Of a stretch of 64,000 nucleotides of DNA, positions 25,601-39,061 are shown in pieces (the stretch's first letter is position 1; each line of letters starts with the position of its first letter). Source of the DNA: Nymphaea colorata (lineage: Eukaryota); assembly GCF_008831285.2 (NCBI RefSeq), contig NC_045138.2, positions 3,100,001 to 3,164,000 of the forward strand, written 5' to 3'. The translations under genes and the position numbers were made by a program. The notes under the pieces were generated by a model, which ran no database searches, had not been told where the DNA came from, and worked only from the letters and a program-made list of their open reading frames with translations.

Positions 25601-28118
25601 AGAGAGAAAAGGGGGGAGAGGGAGGGAGGTAGAGAGAGATACAGAGCATGAAAATCTGTGAATGCAATTGTGCATACACATAGCAAAATTTGGTTTTTTC
25701 AAAATGAATTTCTTAGATGACAAATAATATCTTATCTGGTTTTTTCAAAATGAATTTCTTAGATGACAAATAATATCTTATCTAGCATAGATCTGGCTAT
25801 GTTTAAGAAAGATTGATGGTCTATTGTTGATGCAAATGGTGCAACTTTATCTGGCCATGCATTTTCTCACTTGAAGACTGCTAATTTCCATGTTAGTGCC
25901 TTTGGATTTCCAATTGCCTCCATATCTTTGTCATTGGTTGCTATGTTTTTTGGATTCCTTTCCTTTTCTATACTAGCCACTTGAGTAACTCTATAAATAT
26001 TGATGGAACCACTATATTTACAACTGTATTCATATGAAAAGTACTTGTTCTTCAGTCTACGAGGTATTCTCTATTGACCAAAATAACATCTTATTTCAGG
26101 TGGCGGAGTGCACTTCTTTGGAGGACATTCTTCACTACAGCCGTTGTAGCAGTTGTTCTTCGTGCATTAATTGACTATTGTCGTAGTGGAAACTGTGGGC
26201 TCTTTGGGAAGGGAGGGTTAATAATGTTTGATATGGACACAGCAGAGGTGACATATCGCATGGCCGACTTGGTACCCATCATAATTCTTGGTATCATTGG
26301 TGGTATTCTTGGGAGCCTCTATAATCGTTTTTTGGATAGGATCCTCCGTGTTTACAGTATCATCAATGAGTTAGTACTTAACCTTTTTCTCTTGGCATTT
26401 CTAGACTTTCTTGCATCAATCTTCTTGAGACTTTGGTAACGCAATGTGCATGTGCATAACTAGATGCCATACAAATTCTGGTATATCATGTTGATTCACT
26501 AAATGAATATATCTTCTAATCATGGCATACTGAACCCTTTTGCAGGAAAGGGCCAAGATGCAAGATTCTTCTCACCTGTATTATTTCTATCATTACCTCT
26601 TGTTGCTCCTATGGCCTCCCTTGGCTTGCAACTTGTACTCCCTGCCCCAGCAATGTCAAGGAAGAGTGCCCCACCATTGGCCGTTCTGGTAACTTCAAGA
26701 ACTTCCAGTGTCCTGCTGGTCAATACAATGACCTTGCCAGCCTCTTCCTTAACACCAATGATGATGCAATTCGCAACCTTTTTAGCACTGGCACAGACAC
26801 AGAGTACTCTATTTCTACGATTCTCCTTTTCTTCTCTGCAATTTATGGCCTTGGCCTCATCACATATGGTGCTGCCGTCCCCTGTGGGCTTTTTATTCCC
26901 GTCATTCTTGCCGGAGCCTCGTATGGCCGACTAGTTGGCACTCTTATTGGTGGCATAACTGATCTTGATCCTGGATTCTTTGCACTCCTTGGTGCAGCTT
27001 CTTTCTTAGGTGGCACTATGAGGATGACAGTTTCTGTTTGTGTCATCCTCTTGGAGCTGACAAACAACCTCCTTATGCTCCCCCTGGTCATGCTGGTACT
27101 TCTCATTTCCAAAACAGTTGCTGATGCTTTTAATCATGGTGTGTATGACCAGATCGTTCGGATGAAAGGGTTGCCATATTTAGAAGCCCATGCAGAGCCT
27201 TACATGAAACATCTGGCTGCTGGTGATGTTGTTTCTGCACCGTTGATTACCTTTTCTGGAGTGGAGAAGGTCAGCGAAATTGTGCATGCACTTAGGTTCT
27301 CTGGTCATAATGCTTTTCCCGTTGTTAATGAGCCTCCATTCTCTGAGGCACCTGAGCTTTGTGGATTGGTGTTGAGATCTCATCTGCTAGTGCTCCTGAA
27401 AGCAAGATTGTTTAAGAGGGACAGAGTTGTCTCACGAAATGAGATATCCCGAAAAATTGGTGCATTTGAGTTTGCAAAACCAGGGTCAGGTAAAGGATTG
27501 AGAATAGAAGATATCGACATCAGCGATGAGGAGATGGAGATGTATGTAGATCTTCATCCAGTAACCAACACTTCACCTTACACTGTGGTGGAGACAATGT
27601 CGCTGGCAAAGGCAGTTGTGCTTTTCCGACAACTTGGACTCAGGCACCTTTGTGTCATTCCCAAGACTCCCGCTGTGAGTAGACAGTTTACATATCTGAC
27701 ATTCCCGCACTTGCTAGATGCACCACACTTTTCCACATATTTCAGTAGCTAAACTCGCATTGATCACTCTGTCCCTGTGTGCAACATACTCCACACAGGG
27801 TTAATTGCATCCTTGCAGCTTGTGCAGGGAAAACCTTTACTCTAAACCACATCATGATCTGTTAGTGCTCCATTGCAGCAGCAACCATGTGAATGACATA
27901 GCCAAACTGCATGTCATCGCCATTTCCATCTACATTCCATCATTAATCAGGCGCTGTGCTAGATCTGCTGTGCAACTGCTTCATTTTTCATCACCAAAGT
28001 CTCACAAGAATTATTCTATTTTGTGCAGAGGCCTCCGATTGTTGGAATCCTTACACGCCACGATTTCATGCCAGAGCATATTCTCGGACTTTACCCACAT
28101 CTCAAGCACAGCAAGTAA
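22693..28118 (+). CDS. CLC-c: CLC family chloride channel / anion-proton exchanger, CLC-c-like, with C-terminal CBS domains (774 aa, 7 exons)
   Basis: Exons 22693-22886, 23484-23684, 24392-24569, 25053-25315, 26100-26369, 26546-27674, 28029-28118, all GT-AG with consistent phases; total 2325 nt. Motifs: ESLDYE, GSGIPEVK (selectivity filter), GKEGP (gating Glu), LFALEE (proton Glu), GLFIP, YDQIV, and the CBS region ending GILTRHDF. Subfamily inferred from filter Ser plus gating Glu. Confidence 0.96.
25691..25783. repeat. Perfect 46-bp tandem duplication in CLC intron 4
   Basis: TGGTTTTTTCAAAATGAATTTCTTAGATGACAAATAATATCTTATC twice. Confidence 0.95.
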
Positions 28119-29285
28119 ATTGATCTGCTAGCTGAAGAATGGAGATGTTGGAAATGCATCAATAGGGCTGGCAATGTTAATGCGTCTATTTTATGTTAGA
28201 GCTTTGTGAATTCCTTCCTTTTGGCTCGAGAGGTGCATGCAGTTGTTTGGCAACCCATGCAGAGGTTTTGAGTTAGCTATTCATCATTCGTTCTCGCCTG
28301 TATCAATTTAGTAAAGTTCATATCTTTCTTTCCTTTGCGATTTTTGTGATGTGAATGTAACTGCCGTTACTTGTATCAAACTCTATCATTATCTCCAAAT
28401 ATTATATTATCATAAATAAAGATATCCTTTTGCGAACCAGTTTGTGACAGCCTTTTTTTCTGTTTGCGTTAGCTGGAGGCCAGTTTGATATTTAATATAA
28501 GAAAAGTAGTTTGCTTACTGAACCCCAACTCAATATTGTTAAAAGCGAAACAAAATCCAGGCGAGAAAGCAGAACCAAGTTGAGAAGATACCGATCAATT
28601 CTGTTCTTGCACCGAAGACCTGACCATTCTGAAACAACTGGGTCTACATCTCTTTTCAATTCCCATTCTTTTCAATTCCCATTCAAGAGCTCTTTTCTGT
28701 CTCCATGCTTTTCCTTTTCGGCACCTTGAAAAGAATGGTCAAATTCTTTTATTTGAAACGCTTGTACTTTCTGCACTTTGTGAAGGTTGATAATCCTAAC
28801 AAATATAAGAACTGAAGCTTTGACGGTTTTTCCCTCAGTAAAGTGAAGTTTCTTCGAACGGATGCCTTGGAAATATGTAGTGACATGCTCAAGTTGAGCA
28901 AAAGAGACAACTGAAAATTCTCTCTTTTCTGTTTTGCTTTTTTATTCTTTGAACTTGTTATGGAAGGTGATACATTGCTTGGTACCGGACAAGTCTTCAC
29001 ACATATGTTGATGGCTGTTGATAATTCTTGTACATATATATACATGTATACCTATATATTAGAACAAAGTTGGCACATCGTCTCACGAGCATGAGAGAGT
29101 GTCCTCTCTTTTAACAGTCCTTGCAAAATGCACAAGAGGTCCATAGAAGACATGGGTAAGTTATATGAGATCTTAAGCGATCTGAATGGCATTCCTTCTT
29201 CTTGCCAGGAGGCTGCCATGCAACTACCAACTGAACGCCAGGGTCTTATGCCTCGTTATAGCAGCAGTAAGCTCAAATAAGCTTG

Positions 29286-29328
<43 letters not shown>

Positions 29329-29858
29329 ATCACATTAGAAATTGAAGTATGCATTCTAGAATGATATACACGGTCCACGCTTCTACGAGCAGATCATTCT
29401 CTCTCTATCACCTTCTCTCTTAAAAGGGGTATTCAACATATGTACCATTCTGATATGCATATTTCTCTTTCTCTCTCTTTGAAGGACTAATGTGCATATG
29501 AGACAAACACGTACACGCGCATGCGTTCTGTACACACAAACACATCTCGGTTCCACTGATGGTTAGAAGGGCATCAAAAATTCAAATTTTGTGATTTTTA
29601 TTCTTTCAGTTTTTTCTTTTTTTACTTTGACGACACAGTCGTTATCTGAATCATATGTTTAGTAAGGATGGCAATTAGATTAACTAAGTACCAACAGATG
29701 TTTCACGCTTTCGGGGGGAATTCAAAACTCAAAAGCTTGCAATTCTTTGTATAGATCATGTTTTCCATAGAAAAAAAGTTGCAAGATTTTGTTGAGTCTG
29801 ATGTGCCCAATCAATAGAAGATCGCTAAGGGCCGTACAGTTTGGACAGTAGGAAGAAC

Positions 29859-29920
<62 letters not shown>

Positions 29921-30379
29921 CGTTTTTGCCTGTGTATAGAATTGAAAAGGAACATGCTTGAGTTTGGATTTCTTTCACTTGACCACCTGTTTTTTTTTTT
30001 AATGTAATTAAGGTGGTTAAATGAAAGGAATCAATTAACTGTACCTTTGTTTGGTAAGGTTAAAGAACCAGAGCCAACGAGGTTAATAGGCGAACCAGAC
30101 GACCGGTTCATGTACGATGCTTGGCTCAGTGTTTGAGAAAGCTATAAGCCAAGATGAAATTCGTGAAGAAACTTGGCTGAGTCCAGTTCGGGCTGCATGC
30201 CATCTCGTGAACACTACTGCAGCAACACTGAAAGATCCGAAATTTGAAGAAATTTACCAAGGAAGCTTATACTCATTTAGACCAAACAGAACTATAAACT
30301 CATTTACTTGCAAAAACATACTGTCTTAGTAAGTTTTGATGGGATTCAGTGCATTAGTGCTCGTGTAAGTTGTTTTATG

Positions 30380-30842
30380 CAATGTTGTAAAAGGTGTAGC
30401 ATAACTATCGGTCGGACCGATCTATACGTTGTATTGTAATGTATGACGTATTGCAAACGTAGTGTAGAGTATCGTAAAATTAAATTTTTAATTTAAAAAA
30501 ATCATAAAAATAAACAAAAAATCAGAAATAAAAAAAATGTATTCAATATAAAGAAGATCATCACATAAGGGACATTCATGTGTATCAACAATAGATTCAA
30601 AAATAAGAAATCAGATATTCAAAATAACATAACAAGCGTGCATCACAATTTTAAACTTGAAAATTTTATAGAATCTTAGAACTTAGAGTCTTAGGACTTA
30701 GATTACATTACAATTCATAAGTTCAAAACATATAGTTATTATCTTTCATGATTGAATGATAATAGCTCTCAAATCGACGAATCTTCAATGTTTTTTTATG
30801 AATCTCTCCCTCCCCGTTCTCTTGGAGTTTTTAGACACAAAA

Positions 30843-30878
<36 letters not shown>

Positions 30879-31103
30879 GGGAGAGGCCATTGAGGCTCAT
30901 TTTTTGTGTTTTTCCCTGTATCATACGATACGAGAGTGTATCATTTGTATGGTGTATCATCTGTATCATACGATACGGTGTCAGTATCATATATTACGAG
31001 CGATACACTTACGATACACGAGCATATCGTGTATCGTAAGCATGCCGTATAGGTTTTCTAAACCTATTCAACACTTGTGTAACGTACGATATGGATAACA
31101 TTG
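30380..31103. mobile_element. hAT-like non-autonomous element family D (TIR CAATGTT / AACATTG)
   Basis: Perfect 8-bp TSD GTTTTATG; CGTATCG/CGATACG subterminal repeats; inverted homologue of 60458-61241. Confidence 0.9.
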
Positions 31104-31862
31104 GTTTTATGTGAACTATATGATTCAGTACTACAAAAACTTATTCGGCTTACATGAACCGTGTGATATAACATTATCTGCTTGGCTTGGTTTTATTTTA
31201 TGGCTTGGTTCTATTTTAGGATTGCTAGTCTAGACCACATCCTCAATCCTATTAGAAATATTTCCTCTCCTTTTCTTCCCAAATCCCTTCTTTCCCTTTC
31301 CATTCTTTTCCTATAACCTTATAAATATGATCTTGAGGAGTAATTTGATAGGACATAAATCACTTTTCAAACTTAAGTATGTTTTTTAATAATTGAAAGT
31401 CAACTATGGATTTTTGATGGTGTAACAATTAATATTTTTCATAAATTTTTATCTTTTAATATTAATTCATAGATTTTTTTTTCATTTTTTATCTCAATCT
31501 TCAATTTGTAAAAAAAAATAATCAAAGACTGGGATTGTTTTTTATGAATTTAGTATCTAAAGTTCTAACACCTACCAACTTTTTATATAAAATTAAATTG
31601 TGACTAGCTTTTTAGAGTCACCTAGTCATCTAATATATACATTTCGATCCAATATGATGCACTGTTAAGAGAAAAATAAGAAGAAAAAAATGATAACCAT
31701 TTTCATCATTTAATATTCAATTGTTTATAAGAATTTAATAGTAAGAGCGACAAATACAATTTCATATATAATATCTTATTCACCAGGTCTCAAAATGTAA
31801 TGAGAGAGAGAGAAAGAAAAAAAGAAAGGGGGGAAGGGGTTATCTTATATCAGAAAGGTTTT

Positions 31863-31931
<69 letters not shown>

Positions 31932-34364
31932 TGCAGGTGAAGATATAGGTAGGGTAGTCTAGTTTTTGAATGCCGGTATCCATGAGCCTAGTCTCCAGCT
32001 GAGGTGCAGGTCTCATCAACTTACCAAGGCTAAGACTAGGGCTATGGGCGCCCTCTCTCCCTCCCTCCCTCTCATGTTCGCTCAGAGCCAGACAAGCTGC
32101 TTCCCATTGCATCTTCCCCGAAAAGAGAATAAAGTAAGGCCAACTTGGCCCGCATGGTCACCCTGGCTGATGAAAAGCAGTGCAATGTCTAAAGCAGACC
32201 TAACTAAGCACATAAGCATGGACTCAGATAAAATAATAATAACAATAATTGTACGATCTACGTCTGCCCATCTACAAGAACCAGTTTCTAACACACAACC
32301 AACATCCCCAATTCACAAAAGCTTCATTATTATATAAACAAGTTTGCAGTATGTAAGTGATATTTAAATATAAGTTTTAGATCTTATTTAGAGAATGTTC
32401 CACTCTGATGCCATGTTAATTGGAGCGTGTTAGCAGCTTATAAAGAACCCAAGAATGAAATAAATGCTAATATATTAGCAGTTTGGGCTTAAAATATGTT
32501 CAACTCTGTCACATCTGACACCTGAAATACACTTACTGAAACATGTTCATGTCTAGTCTCTCGCCCCGAGGCTGGTTTTTTCTCAAATTTTCAAAGAAAA
32601 GAAAGGCACTTCAAGTGGTTTTATAATATGCACTGGTCATGGCCCGATTGTAAAGAGGACTCCTGGGCTGTTGCTTTTGTTTGTGAAAGTTCCAACCACA
32701 CTTAGACAATGCTAAACATGTGTGAAACACCCACAGGATGTGAATTTCAGGGAAAAAAAAAAGAATACAATATGGTGGTTTTGCAGACATACAAGGAAGA
32801 TATTTTCTGTCAAGCCCGTATTTTCTTTTTTCTTCTTTCTGAATCTCTTCCAGATAGTGGCTGTGTTCGTAGTTCTTGATTTTGTAAGAGGGGTTGTTTA
32901 AGGAAGCAAGATTGAATAATTCACAAATTTTTATCAGAATATAAGGATATTGGAATGTTAATAGCTTGGGTTCAAATTTTTATCAGAATATAAGGATATT
33001 GGAACGTTACTACCTAACTAATCCTTTGCATCTCAAAGAGTTAATGAATAGTTTGTAACTGTTACATGAATCTTTCCTAAAATTTAAAGTGTTTTATGAA
33101 TCTGCCTCAATTTTTAGGTCATATTCATGAACCAATTACATATTGTTTTGTTTACCAAACAAACAGGAGCAAAGCCAACAATTTTTCATTGCATAGGCTA
33201 AACCATAGTTTCAAAATTTTAACAAAGGCTGAAATAAAAAATTTCTAATTTTTTATGTATATTAAACTAAAATTTTTGAAATTTTTGGCCCCAGTGCCAA
33301 AGGGGTAGTTTGGTAGGAAGGATACCTGGTAAGTCTTTCATGAATCTACCCCAAAAATTGAACATGTTCATATAACAACAATTTTAGTGTTTGGTGAACT
33401 TCCCTCAATCTTTGAGACAGATTCATGGGATACTCACGAAGTGTCATAAGAAATCATATGAAATCACATAACATGAGATTGATACATGAAAAAAAGGGAT
33501 ACATTGCTGAACTTATGCACAGATATGTGTTAGGCAGGTCATCAACATGTAGGTTAATTACTTGTTCCATTTAGATGTGGAATCATATGAAAATGGATCC
33601 ATGTCCAGGCGTTGAATTAGATCAGAAATCTAACTAAATTTGATGTTGAAAAACCGCACAACCAGTGCCTGGATAAAAAATTCGAAACCGATCCGAATTG
33701 GGCCAATGCCATTTTATCTGTCGTTATGTTAAAGCTTAAAAATCGACATAAAAATGTAACTTCTTTCCAACATATAAATAATATAAACTTAAGATCTAAG
33801 CAAGCTGTAACAACCGTTCACAAATATAAGATGTTTGAATTCCGCTGATTGGATCCTATGTAATCAGATCCAAACTCAAGCTCTTATTCTGACCTTTTCT
33901 CAACAGAATTTGGATCCCACGTACATAAGATTCAAAGTGTACATGTACTTGGGTCAGATCTTCATCATATTCTAGTCAGATATTGAACTTTTGAGGAAAA
34001 TAACATATAAAGTTCATCATTTATCAAATTCAGATCTATTTACCAGATCTAGAGGTAAATGGATTTGAATTTGGGTTGGTTTACATCCCGAGTTGCAACT
34101 TTTCTACTGCTCAACTTCAGGTTAAATTGTTTAAATGTCTCACTAGAGCTTCACATGCTATGCTAGTCCTTGCATTCGAGGCTTATCTTTCACTTAGATT
34201 ATGTATGTTTCACTGTGGATTTGACATCCACGGTGGTTTAAGATCCGATTTTAAATGCATGGTTTTTAACAAGTAGCGTGGATTTAAACAAACACCTTTA
34301 TGGAGCCTCAGATCTATCAAACGCAACCTAATAGGGATGTCAAAGGCCTAGAGCTAGAGCTAAG

Positions 34365-34935
34365 TAGGGGTGAACAACGAGTCGAGCTACTCGAGCTCAA
34401 CTCGAGTTCATGAGTAAACTCGTACATGAGTCAAATCGTTCAAACAATCGAGTTGAATTCAAGCTCAACACGTAACTGCCGAGTCGAGCTCAAACATTAA
34501 TCGATTTTGTCGAACCTTAATCAAGTCGATATATTCAAACGAGCTTACGAGTTTATCGAGTCTTAATCGAGTCAAGCTCGAGCTCAACACATAACGATGA
34601 ATATCAATTCTATTCAAACGAGTTTGTCGAGTCTTAATCGAGTTGAGTTCGAACTCAACACGTAACGATGAATATCAATTCTATTCAAACGAGTTTGTCG
34701 AGTCTTAATCGAGTTGAGTTCGAACTCAACACGTAACGATGAATATCAATTCTATTCAAACGAGTATGTCGAGCTTTAATCAAGTTGAACTCGAGCTCAA
34801 CACGTAACTGCCCAATCGAGTTCGAGCTGCTTCCGTCGAGCTATTCTCGAGCTCGAGTCGAGCTTGAGGTTTCATTAATCGAGCCGAGCTCAAGCTGACT
34901 GAACTCGGGCTCAACTCAGCTTGTGTTCACCTCTA
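34365..34935. mobile_element. hAT-like MITE family B with an internal 71-bp tandem array
   Basis: TAGGGGTGAACA...TGTTCACCTCTA; 71-bp units start at 34561, 34632, 34703 and 34774; homologous to 1109-1653. Confidence 0.85.
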
Positions 34936-36590
34936 CACCTAATTCACCTCTACACCTAATTCATAAACAGATCCACGGTTCCTGAACCAATACAACCACC
35001 ACAGTTCAAACTCAAAAAATAGTAATTTTTTATTTACCATATCGATGAAAAACCATGGGACGCCCGTGATTGTTTTTAACATTTCAATTCTTCCTTAATG
35101 GGAAACCCTTGGGGCGCGTTAAGCAGTTCACCAGTGACAAAATTAAGGTAAAAAAAAAAGTCTCGACCAAAAAAAGTAATTTTCCATTTCTAAAGTGATG
35201 GTGCAATGTGAGCTGTCAGCTTTTTGTATGTTTTTCAAAAACCCCATTTAAACATTTTAATATTATTATAAGGTGACACAACGGATCCTAAAAGATGTTG
35301 ACATCAAAGGGGAGAGATTTGATACGTCAAAGGAAAGTTTCGATAGATTTTTTTTCTTTTTACCATCTTTATAACTTTGAGAAGGAAAGGCAAAGCTCTT
35401 CTCTTTTTCGGCTTGCCCTTTATCGAGATTCATTTATATGCGATTGATAAGTTCCCTTCATGTGTAAAGTGAGGCATCGAGCAATACGATTGGTGAATCT
35501 GTACAATTTTGTCTTTTTTTCTTTTTCTTTTTTCACTTTTCTTTAGCCTTTTTTTTTTTTTTGGTTTTTGCTTTTTCCTTTGCTTTTATTTCTTCATTTG
35601 GTTATGGTTCAAGAAAAAACTAAGGAGAACGACTTTTAGAAATGAAACCTCTTGGCACTTTTTGTCAAAAAAAAAAAAGAAGAAGGTTATGCTATTATAT
35701 ATATATATATAGCTCTGGCTTTTCAGATTCTGTCTTTGGGGAGCCATCTAAGTTAACATGGTAGGCAGCTAAAAAAGAAAAGGTTATGGATATTTTTGTT
35801 ATATAATATTAATTTATATTTGTGTTTTTCATTGTTTTTCTCTCAACTATTTATCCATCTTTTTTAGATAGACAACTTTGGTTAAATGATTCTGGTTATC
35901 TAAAGATATGAATGGTTGAGAGAAAAACAATAAAAAAATGAATTAGCATTAATACCCATCACTTTTTTATTCTTGTTTTTTTCTTAAATGTCTATATAGT
36001 GGATCAATTGGATCAGATAATCTTGATTAAATGACTATATGACTGTGATTGTAAAAAACTAAAGAGCCACTGTTCAGTTTTCCTATATAAACACACACAT
36101 AGGTACAGTTTCCACGAATCTTTGAATTTGAATTAACAAATTGCAAATCAACTACCATTCTTGTGAAAAACACCTCCAAAACGCATTTTATTGTCATCCA
36201 AATTTGTCATGTTAATCCAACAATAGTTTTTCAAAACCCAAGAATGGTTTTAAAAAAAATACCTGCTTTTAATCCAACAACAGTTTTTCAAAACCCAAGA
36301 ATGGTTTAAAAAAAAAAAAACTGCTTTTGACATGGGGGTTCTTGTTTCCGAGATTCTGTTCAAGTGGCTAAAAGAAGCACTTTCCGTCACTCTAGGCAGC
36401 CCGGTGTGCTACTTAGACGCTGCCTCTGCTTTCTCCATTCTGTGTGCTCTCCTCTGTCTTATGGGCTCAATGCACCCAACTTTCTCAAAATTTGTTTATA
36501 CAGATCTCTCTTACAAGCTTGCTAGATATTTGAATACAATACATAGCTGTTTCAACAAAAGTTTATGCAAAGGTGCCGTTTGTTTTTCAG

Positions 36591-36591
<1 letters not shown>

Positions 36592-36679
<88 letters not shown>

Positions 36680-36680
36680 T
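36592..36680. repeat. Long (AT)n followed by (AC)n microsatellite
   Basis: Direct reading. Confidence 0.95.
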
Positions 36681-38281
36681 ATACACATATAAAACAAACC
36701 TTGATTAAAACTTTGGCTAATAAAAACCAAACCCTAATGAGTAAGAGTAAGCATATCTCACTATTTCTTTTAATGTTTAATTAGGGAAGACTGCCTTTGG
36801 CGTAAAACTCTCAAAGTCATATCTGTATGCCTTAGAGGTTTTGCGTTGCATCAGGACTTGAGTGGACCCAGGGTACATCATTCAACTCACGTGTCGTGCT
36901 TGCTACCATTTGTAAAGATACTGAAGCTGACATCGATCACAGGATTCAAACTTTGAACCCTTTGAATATTAGTCGCCGTGCAGCTCAATTGCATTAGGCC
37001 CCCTGAGACATACAACCATTTACCAAATCACCCTTTCAACGAATTCTACTCGTTTGAAGTTGGTGCCATCTAAGACCCATTGGAATTATTATTATTATTA
37101 ATTTGAATAGTGGTTTACCATGAATCACCGTATTAACAATATCTTTTAGAAGGTGATTTCAGCAAATTGCAAGATGTGCTCACTTAATGAGCCTCTCCTT
37201 GATGCCCATCCAGGGGTATAGTTGGAAGAAAGCAATGTTGTGCATAATACTTTGACATTAGCGCCATCTCAGGCAATACACATGCACAAGCCTTATATTG
37301 GCTTAGTTTATATATATATGTATATATATAAATAGATAAAGTCCTCCAGCCATTTTGAATTTCATCTAATCACGGCCACCCAATGCAAGCAGTGTGCTGT
37401 GAGAAGTTGGAAGATTTATCTGTCCAAACTTGGACAAAAAATCTATAAATCGTAATAATCTTTCCTGTCAAGGTTTCTTTATTTTCAAATTAGTATCTTT
37501 AAATATCTCCTTTGTTATGTATATGAATGTCTCTTTAGATATAAAAATCTAAGAAAAGTGCTTCCTTTAGAATTTTTTTTTCTGTCTCTGCCACTAGCAG
37601 GAATTGGCCATGGACTGCCTTGTGATTTTGAAACATAAAAATTTATTAATGAACGTTTCAAAACTTTTAATATGCCCATGAAGAAACTTTGAAAAGAAAT
37701 ATTTGGTTCTTGTGAAAACTTTTTGGAAGTTTCTATCAACATTTTTGCCTTCCTAATGGAAAAATTTTTTGCCCTGCCCTGCGTAGTTTCCCAGCATCAT
37801 TTGGCAATAGACTAATACAATGTGATAATTAATGACAACACTACCTAAACCGGCTGAAATGGAAACTAAGTGTGGTTATATTTAGACCATACTTTAAACA
37901 ATACCTGCGCAGTTTCCCTATATTAAGAGGAGTATTCTTATCGTCTATATAAATCCCCAAAAGAGTTTGGTGCAAGGGACTGCACAGGAGTTGGTAGACA
38001 GTCAGTCTCTGTTTCAGGCTCCCATGACATCAACTTCATACATTGTAAAAGCTAAAACACCGAGTATCTAATTAAAGCATAGTGGAGGTGTCACCCTAAG
38101 GCACTCAAGCAAACTTGCATAAGGGGCTTCGGCTCTTAACCAAGTGGTAGGATGAAATACTCTTCTTGTCTACCCTCTCTTATAGTATATATAAAATTAA
38201 TGTATATGTACACTTAGTGAACCATGCTCCTCAGTTGAAGTTACTCATGTTTCTATATGTTATAGTGCATGGATACATGAT

Positions 38282-38459
38282 CAGGGGCCGAGCTAAAAAT
38301 TTTTCATGAAAATGGCCGAATTAAAGTTTATAAATTTTAACATGGGCCGAACTATCATTTTTTAAAATTTTTATATATAACGAATAAAATTTTTTAAAAT
38401 TTACATGTATTTTTTTTTTTTTAAATTGAGGTGGGGTCAGGGCCTTGCGTCTGCCCCCG
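38282..38459. mobile_element. MITE family E
   Basis: CAGGGGCCGAGC...TCTGCCCCCG termini with an AT-rich core similar to 40773-40937. Confidence 0.7.
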
Positions 38460-39030
38460 ATACATCTTGGTAATAGTAGTCAAAGGACAAACATATCTTT
38501 TCTTTCAACGAGCAGATTAGGTCCAATAAGGAATTAAAATTAATCACTGTCAAAATTTTCCGTTAATTGATTATATACAGTCTATACATCAAAAAGGATC
38601 ATTTCTAGGAAATTATTTTTTTCTTTTGCAAAAAAAGTAAGAGCAGTGATTATTAGACATAGAACTCTGGGTTTTTGGAAATATAAAAAACATTTCTACG
38701 GTCGAAGCTGGAGTGCAGTAACGTATCTTTCCAAGTCAACTCCAAAAGTGAGAATCTACACGTACATGCATGTGTGCACTGCTTTTCATGAGAATTCGAA
38801 CAAATTCGTGAAATTAAAAGAAGAAAGGTGTTACAAGTTCCTGATTTTGACCACTGTTCATGAAATGTTAAAAATCATCACTCACATATTTGAAAAGTGA
38901 AAAAGATGCACCTTTTTCCTTCTCTTCCTTTTAAGGATGGAGTGGTCCAAAGGCACTCCGCTGGCTCTGATGCAAAGTGACAAAAATATAAAGCACCTAC
39001 TTGATCTTCACCATGAAAATTACAATAAAA

Positions 39031-39061
<31 letters not shown>

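Noticed and set aside
26503..26934. 143-aa ORF overlapping CLC exon 6
   Set aside because: Alternative frame of the CLC exon; the true frame runs KGPRCKIL...GLFIP.
34561..34810. Regular repeats that might suggest a CRISPR array
   Set aside because: Contiguous tandem units without unique spacers, inside a MITE in eukaryotic DNA.
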